Positions 58,001 through 64,000 of a stretch of DNA of 64,000 bases are shown here, in pieces. Numbering within the stretch: the first letter of the stretch is position 1; every line of letters begins with the position of its first letter. Made by a program: the position numbers and the translations under genes. Origin of the DNA: Tubulanus polymorphus (lineage: Eukaryota > Animalia > Nemertea); contig NC_134028.1 in the NCBI RefSeq assembly GCF_964204645.1, forward strand, positions 20,766,345 to 20,830,344. The letters are read 5' to 3'. The notes under the pieces were generated by a model. The model worked only from the letters and a program-made list of their open reading frames with translations. It did not search any database and was not told where the DNA came from.

Positions 58001-58231
58001 AATCACGTTTAGGTCGATATCGTGACAGTTGATGAATTTCAGCGATTTTATGAATTTACAGTTGTTGACGATTTCGTCCAGACCGCGTTCAGTAAACGTC
58101 ACCCGATTCATAATGAGATTTTTAAGTTTTGGGTTCAGTAAGTGACAGCTGAAACTGATATCGGTATCAGTGAGTTTCTCGCAATCTTCGAATTCAACGG
58201 TCTCCACTGCAACATTCTTTGATAAAGTCGC
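43090..58231 (-). CDS. ROCO-family protein (LRR-Roc-COR, MFHAS1/MASL1-like, no kinase); termini uncertain
   Basis: In-phase exons 57288-58231 (LRRs), 53554-53693 (GDSESGKT, T..GVDV), 53389-53468 (WDLSG), 52456-52578, 52017-52171, 49405-49519 (LQYLLYKRP), 48927-49163, 48387-48650, 47874-48059, 47261-47440 (IPPGCFERLI), 46397-46582 (EWRGLY), 45698-45857, 44382-44563, 43735-44073, 43090/43143-43287. Confidence 0.88.
44674..45254. mobile_element. Non-autonomous DNA transposon (PIF/Harbinger-like), copy 2
   Basis: TAA-GGCCACAGG...GTGTGGCG-TAA (3-bp TAA duplication); homologous to 12404-13038. Confidence 0.8.
46706..46872 (-). other. Long imperfect hairpin enclosing a hammerhead-ribozyme-like core
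   Basis: About 50-bp inverted arms. On the minus strand the loop reads CTGATGA-TGGCT-(10 nt)-AGCC-GAAA-CG-TTG-CG. Confidence 0.5.
48098..48325. repeat. Degenerate tandem repeat CCCAGTTCCACA(G/T)TTGT(G/A)TGGG
   Basis: About 7 units; a related reverse-oriented array lies at about 49560-49690. Confidence 0.75.
50991..51165. mobile_element. hAT-like MITE (CAGGGGCGGATC termini)
   Basis: CAGGGGCGGATC...GATCCGGCCCTG. Confidence 0.6.
54081..54366. mobile_element. MITE with AATGGGATAC termini
   Basis: AATGGGATAC...ATATCCCATT; interior shared with 19303-19634. Confidence 0.8.
55755..56590. repeat. About 30-35-bp minisatellite (CACATCGAGCTACACAGCTAGCATTATACCC) interrupted by a MITE
   Basis: Units are present on both sides of 56053-56470. 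Confidence 0.9.
56053..56470. mobile_element. Young MITE with about 120-bp near-perfect TIRs
   Basis: CGGAAGCGATAAAGGGCCTCGAGT...ACTCGAGGCCCTTTATCGCTTCCG with AGCA on both flanks. Confidence 0.92.
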
Positions 58232-58481
58232 CTGCAATTGATAGAAATAAGAAAATCATCAAAACTCCAGGCTGTGTATCAGTGACGTAACCGAATTTTC
58301 CAATTTTCTCGGATTCACGCACTAAACGGGAAAGTCATAATCTCTATTTCAAGATGAACGATCATGTGTCACAAATGCAAAAATCATAATCGTGTGATCT
58401 CAATCTATTATAGCCAATTCCAAATCTGGATCAATTAAGGCGGCTGTACAAAATAAATACCCACCAGTTGCTTGCCGGTTC

Positions 58482-58830
58482 TATGGTGGCTGATAAGGGC
58501 CAAATGCATTAATTTTTACACGACCTCGATTATAGAAAAACGCAAAACGAAACCTATAGAGCAAAAACAAATTTTATGGCGCAAAAACGAAAAATCATGG
58601 AGCAAAAACGAATATTTTCCTTTTTTGCGCTATAATATTTCGTTTTTGTGCGGTAGCAAAACGAAAGTTCGTTTTTGCTAGGGTGCAAAAACGAAAAATC
58701 ATAGAGCAAAAACGAATATTTTCGTTTTTGCGCGGTAAAATTCGTTTTTGCTCTATAAGTTTCGTTTTGTGTTTTTCTATAATCGAGGTCGTGTGAAAAT
58801 TAAAGCATTTGGCCCTTATCAGCCACCATA
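58482..58830. mobile_element. MITE, TATGGTGGCTGAT-TIR family, with 6-bp target duplication
   Basis: TATGGTGGCTGATAAGGGCCAAATGC...GCATTTGGCCCTTATCAGCCACCATA, CGGTTC on both flanks, internal GCAAAAACGAA repeats. Confidence 0.92.
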
Positions 58831-61520
58831 CGGTTCAGACTGGATTGACGACTGTCTGAATGAACCGAAAACGGAATTTCCAATTACTTATGTACTTTGA
58901 TTTAAAAAACGACTCAATTACATATTGTTATTCGATTTCCGATTTCTAAACCGCTGGTTTGCTCCCGGCAGGTGTCTGAGTTTGTAAGGGATACCAAATC
59001 ATGCCGAATTACAGAGATGAAGATGATCGGATATTCCACAAACGATAATTTATTTAGCAGAACCTAGTAGTCTCTTAATGATAAAAAGATTCCATTGATT
59101 TCCTAATTCAAGATGCGATCCTGGCCCAATAGAACTAGATTTGGCCACGAATATACCGATGAATTCTCAATGCAGGAGATAAGCTTACTTTCGAAAAATT
59201 AATATTAGATATCATCAATCGCGATATTGTTCATCCATATTATTCTTTTTGAATTTCTTCAAAAGTTATTTTTTGCTAAAACGAAAAAAACTTTGTTGCC
59301 AAAAAAATAAATGTGTTGTACTAAAATAACGTTATAAGACGTGCACCGACCAGGCATCAGAGAAAAATACAAGCAAAGAAAGCGTTGGAATAAAATCTAA
59401 ATATAGGGGTAGAAAAACAAAACTTCGAATCGAGGAAACCCTTCAAAATATGTTGTTTCCTCCACAATCTAACCCTGATTTTTGCTTCTAATTTGTCTCC
59501 GGCAGGTTTTGGCGACGGGAAACCATTGAGTTCCCCACGTAAAATAAGACATATCTTTTAGATCGAAAGCAATGGACGACACAGAAGCCGTACAGGCATT
59601 GTTACTAATAATGCTCATTGAACGGTTTACAATAATGTAATTGCGATTACCAATCATTCTTAAACCACCACGCCTTTCTATATCATTCTATTGTTCAGAC
59701 TTACATCATCTAAATATGTGAAATATTGATGTGGAATCTAAATTAGATTATTATCAGATTATTGGTATTTGTCATTACGATACTCTTTGATATATTGATA
59801 CTCGAATTACTTGTCACGTGTACAGGGCAACACTTCGTATACTTTGTCTTGGAACTAACATAAGAATGTTGACACTAGTCGCTTCTTTCATTCAGGCGGC
59901 CACCTTCTCTAACTATCAGCAATATCCACCACTTAAATACTTGAAAGTTAAATCGCTAGTTGCTTCTTTCATTCAGGTGGCCACCTTCTCCAATCAGTAC
60001 TTCGTTAAGCTTTGTTTAACTTAAATAAATCTCTGAAAATGAAAATAGATGGAAGAAACCTATATCCGAAATGTCAATATAGTGCTATTTTTTAAATCCT
60101 CAATAAACCGTCAAGTTATTTTTCTTGTTCAATGGTAGAACTGTGCGTGCGTGCGTGCGTGCGTGCGTGTGGATCTTCTATTTGAAGTGCACTGAGTGCT
60201 GTACTGATGATTTTAGAATTCAGCCACACACACCACACGGACTGAGGGCAGTTTATTACGCGATGTTCATTAATTATTCAATATCTATTTCTTGGTAAAT
60301 GATAAGTAGTAAACAGTAATATCTGATTGTGTTTTATTTCGCCATTGTGTTCAGTACCCCAGTATCCAGTACTAGTGTTCGGTACCAGTGTTCAGATTTC
60401 AATGATTTACGTAAAAGTTAAACGTGGATTCGTTTTATAGAGTCCATGGTTAAAGTAAGGTGATTATGGGATTTGGAAATGATTAAAATTGGTTAACAGA
60501 TTTTCCGTCACCAGCTACGATATCAAGCCGCTCAAACTTATCGAACATTTAAACACGGCGTTTTGATTGCAATTTGTTTAAAGATGTGAATTCGATCAGT
60601 GAATCAATCCCCTAGGTAAATTTCCCCTGAGTAAAAATCCCAAATATTCTTACTAGGTACAAATTCACACTTGGTGATTTATAAGAACATTTCAAAACAA
60701 AATATTTCTCCAATTTTATTCATTCGCAGTGAGACTGAAATGTGTTTGAACTGCGCGATGAAATCTTTCGTTGCAATATCTTAAGTAAACTGTTAGAATA
60801 AAATAAATTGTTAGAATTAATATTATGATAATGAAATGAAGTTTTGAACTTTAATAATGAACTTTTTATTTGTAATATCTTACAGTTCGAACTGGAATAT
60901 TTTTTCACCGTGAAATTTTGAGGACTTGTGGGATATTTGAGCTGTGCGATGCCATGAATTGTAAGAAATAATGAACTTCTAATTTGAAATATTTCAGATA
61001 CAAGCTAGTGTATATTTGAAATGTGCGATGAACCCTAGCTGTGTGATAACTTTAAGTTCTAATTTGGTACTAATGAACTGTTAATTGTTTTGTATGCTTT
61101 AATGCAAATAGTGTGTACTATAGTTTGTATGCTCATGATATCCTTATGGTGTTCCACAGAAAAATATGAATAAATTGGATATATGTATCAATAATATGAA
61201 TCAATTGACCTTAAGATTGTATCTACTTAGATTGCATTCAAAAGGAGGGGGATTTTTACCTACTTTGAAGAATTGGGGATTTATACCGAGGGGATTTTTA
61301 TTATGGAGATTTTTACCGCTAACCGTAATTTCAGATGGCTGGAAGCTGCTTGGTTCGCTACGTGCAACTGACACTGCACCTGACCGGTGCACCTGTTGCT
61401 AACAGAGATTATCAACGCTTCACTAAATATTACATTCAATGTTCATCATAAGTACCGATCCAGAATATCGCGGAGCGTATGAGAAATACATTTTCGCGTT
61501 CTTCAAAAATTGACCCTCTG

Positions 61521-61592
61521 AGCGCCACTCGAGGTAATAGTACTAGGTTCAAGGTTAGCGCCACTCGAGGTAATAGTACTAGGTTCAAGGTT
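61521..61592. repeat. Exact tandem duplication of about 36 bp
   Basis: AGCGCCACTCGAGGTAATAGTACTAGGTTCAAGGTT x2. Confidence 0.9.
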
Positions 61593-62406
61593 TTGATTTG
61601 CCTCTCTTGGAGACATAGAAATATTCCCGCAATCACAATTCGAACCAATGGATCCTTGAATCCGTGAATTGATCCGAGAAGAAATTCCGGCATCGTTGTC
61701 CGAATGACACACCAAGGGGATCCTCACTTGCCACAAGAACACTATGTTGGTCGAATGAGTCGCGTTATTAGATTTATAGTGATTTTTTTTTCTATCGGTT
61801 GGAACTGAGCGTCGTCATGTTTATATAATATACAAAAAATACATCATTTGGAATGCACATCCCGCGGAAAGAAGGATTTAGAGGCATTTGACCTTTGACG
61901 TAAAAATACTGGTCATACGGCACCATATTTTCTTGATTCAAACGATGGCAAACATACGTTGTTGTATTACGTACTATTCATAGTACGTACTATTCAGAAC
62001 CATGTTAGATAAATCTAAGAATTTGAAATGGGAGTTTCGATCATTCGAAAAAAAATTATTTCCAATATGGCGGCAAACGACGTTGATTTGGATTTTCTCA
62101 TAACGTAGCCACCGATAACATAATTCGTAGATGTGAATTATTAATAAAAAGAAATTTCAGCGCCTTTTCAGCGATTGTCCAACAGGTTTTATTGTATACA
62201 AAAGAATGAATCTACAGAAAATGAATTCCAATTTTTTCCCTGTAATGCTCAGGAAAATTCCAGAATGATCAGATTTCGACAGAAAATTGAGACAAAACGA
62301 TTGTAAGTACAACTGTGAAACCTAATCCAATTAGCACGTTATAGTTTCCGTTTCTCCACTAAGGCATGTGATAAATGGTGCGATTTGAATTTAGCAGGTA
62401 ACATAC

Positions 62407-62457
62407 CTTCAACGACAATACAGTGGAGTCTTTATCAAATTTAACGTGTTTATCCAT
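62407..62457 (-). CDS. Candidate first coding exon of the ROCO gene (MDKHVKFDKDSTVLSLK)
   Basis: ATG followed by 17 codons and a phase-0 GTATGT donor that matches the phase-0 acceptor at 58231. The linkage is not proven. Confidence 0.45.
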
Positions 62458-62500
62458 CGTTTCACTGGGATAAAATCATTTCTGGTTCAATATGCCAAAC

Positions 62501-62515
62501 GTTACCATGGTAAAC
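62501..62515. promoter_or_regulatory. RFX X-box-like motif
   Basis: GTTACCATGGTAAAC, near-match to GTNRCC(N0-3)RGYAAC, 43 bp upstream of the candidate ATG. Confidence 0.35.
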
Positions 62516-63280
62516 ACTGTGGAGTTTGTGAAAAGCGTCAGCTGCAGTGGCGGTATAAGCGCCACTCGGCGGCTGTATCGTAAACAAATATATTTATCGT
62601 TTCCGATAGATTTTATGACCGGGTTTTATAGTTCTATAGCCAATAAACAACTATGTCCAACCTTTAGATCTAAGATCATTTTGGACACGAGTCACGACTG
62701 TACGGTAACTACGCCCAGGTCAGATTAGACAGTTGTGTAGTCATTGGATTTAACACCAGTACGCAATGGCTCACTCAATCCAGGGAACGAACCCTTAAAC
62801 AAATCAGCTCAGGTCTCAATAACAGAATGACTTAACAATTTCATTGAAATCTTTATGATACATGTAAACAATCAAACTTGTTCTGTGAAATGCCAGAATT
62901 GAAAATGTGTTCTAAACTCGCGAGTTTCCCAGAACATTTTGAAATTATTCATTCCCAATCAAAACGTTCGAAAAGGTTTTACATTATCCCCAAATTCCTC
63001 TTGAATATTTCATTTTGTGAATTAAACTCAAGCTTTATCTATAGTCAAATGATTGATAACAGTTTTCCGAGTTTGCAGTGCGATAAATGCTGTCCGCTGG
63101 AAGAGTCCAATATCATAGCCCCGTCCGCCACTGGGGATTGGCCAGTACTTGATTACGTCACACGTATCATTTGAACGCGCGCCAAGCGACAAATAAATAT
63201 GTATAGAAGTTTATTAATTTGTAAGAAAGAGAATATATTATCGCGATAACGATAACTGCGGTTGAATCTCTAAATAAAAC

Positions 63281-64000
63281 ATGGTCGCCTGGTTCAAATC
63301 CGTTTTGTTGCCGGTATCGTTTATATTAGCAATATTTATCGGGAACGCAATTATCATAAGGATTATAATGATCAGAAAAAAAGATACGTTATTACTACAT
63401 TTAAGTCTAGGATTGGCAAACGTAGCGGTTGGTATGGTTCTATTGTTGCACGTTGTCCGTTTGGCGATCATCAACGGTGGGTTGGGCGGAGAGGACGTTG
63501 TCAAGACATTGGTGATTTGTTTGTGGAATACATCACGTTTCGCTCTGTTGGGGACACTGGTGTGCATTGTTGCCTATCGTAGCCTGAAGATAAACTTTCC
63601 GTTGCGTTTTCCGGCTATCGTTACGCGTAAAAAGATTATATGCTTACTGTTGTGCGTCTGGCTTTTATCTTCAACTATTGGAATTGTGATTTCAATTTTT
63701 GTCGACGACTTAAATGTTATGTTGATTACACCCGTAAGCGTTTCAATTGTTGCCGTTGTCATAGCGGTCGCGGACGCGCAGATTTTTTACGTAGCTCACC
63801 GCCACAGATGTAACATGGGAAAGATGAATCGGGCGACTCCGAATTTGGGACAATTGCCGAATATCAAGTCGGTCGGAAGATCGCTACGAACTTTGATCAC
63901 GTCGACAATTCTATTTTGCTTATTCAATTTACCCTGTTGTATTTCGTGTATTGTGGAAATTCGCACGGGTTCGATCAACCCGACAACTAGATTAACTACA
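63281..64000 (+). CDS. Divergent intronless rhodopsin-class GPCR (partial, runs off window; absent from ORF track)
   Basis: 240 open codons from ATG 63281: TM1 IFIGNAIII, TM2 LSLGLANVAVG, TM3 end IVAYRSLKINFPLRF, TM4 LLCVWLLS, TM5 QIFYVAHRH, TM6 LFCLFNLP. Confidence 0.88.
   Translation, partial: MVAWFKSVLLPVSFILAIFIGNAIIIRIIMIRKKDTLLLHLSLGLANVAVGMVLLLHVVRLAIINGGLGGEDVVKTLVICLWNTSRFALLGTLVCIVAYRSLKINFPLRFPAIVTRKKIICLLLCVWLLSSTIGIVISIFVDDLNVMLITPVSVSIVAVVIAVADAQIFYVAHRHRCNMGKMNRATPNLGQLPNIKSVGRSLRTLITSTILFCLFNLPCCISCIVEIRTGSINPTTRLTT

Noticed and set aside
59875-59992. Duplicated 35-bp CTAGT(C/T)GCTTCTTTCATTCAGG(C/T)GGCCACCTTCTC considered as ribozyme repeats
   Set aside because: It lacks a proper CUGANGA/GAAA core with stems; treated as a simple local duplication.
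63238-63978. Minus-strand ORFs in the track
   Set aside because: Antisense to the open plus-strand GPCR frame.

Overview
AT-rich, intron-rich eukaryotic DNA that looks like an invertebrate animal (inferred from gene families and repeats). There are no operons, rRNA or CRISPR arrays. I assembled spliced genes by hand from splice sites and reading phase, because the ORF track misses most exons. Minus strand: a 9-exon classical short-chain dehydrogenase (6580-9066); a LIM-less PDZ+ZM Zasp/ALP-Enigma-type gene (14461-31205) with an intronic antisense tRNA-Val(AAC); an 8-exon type I membrane protein with signal peptide, ShK-like module and four CCP/sushi domains (32321-39496); and an MFHAS1-like ROCO gene (LRR-Roc-COR, no kinase, about 43090-58231, 5' end uncertain). 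Rhodopsin-class GPCRs: two disrupted copies at 0.8-4.5 kb and an open, divergent ORF from 63281 that runs off the window. Intergenic and intronic space holds an L2/Crack-like LINE 3' end, Penelope-like fragments, SINEs, many MITE families (some nested), microsatellites and palindromes. The best leads are the ROCO protein with F-box-type LRRs and a degenerate G4 motif, the ShK-like/CCP receptor, an apparent GA-AG intron, modular motif exons in the Zasp-like gene, a hammerhead-like core inside a long hairpin, and a MITE family with about 6-bp target duplications. None is proven novel without database searches.
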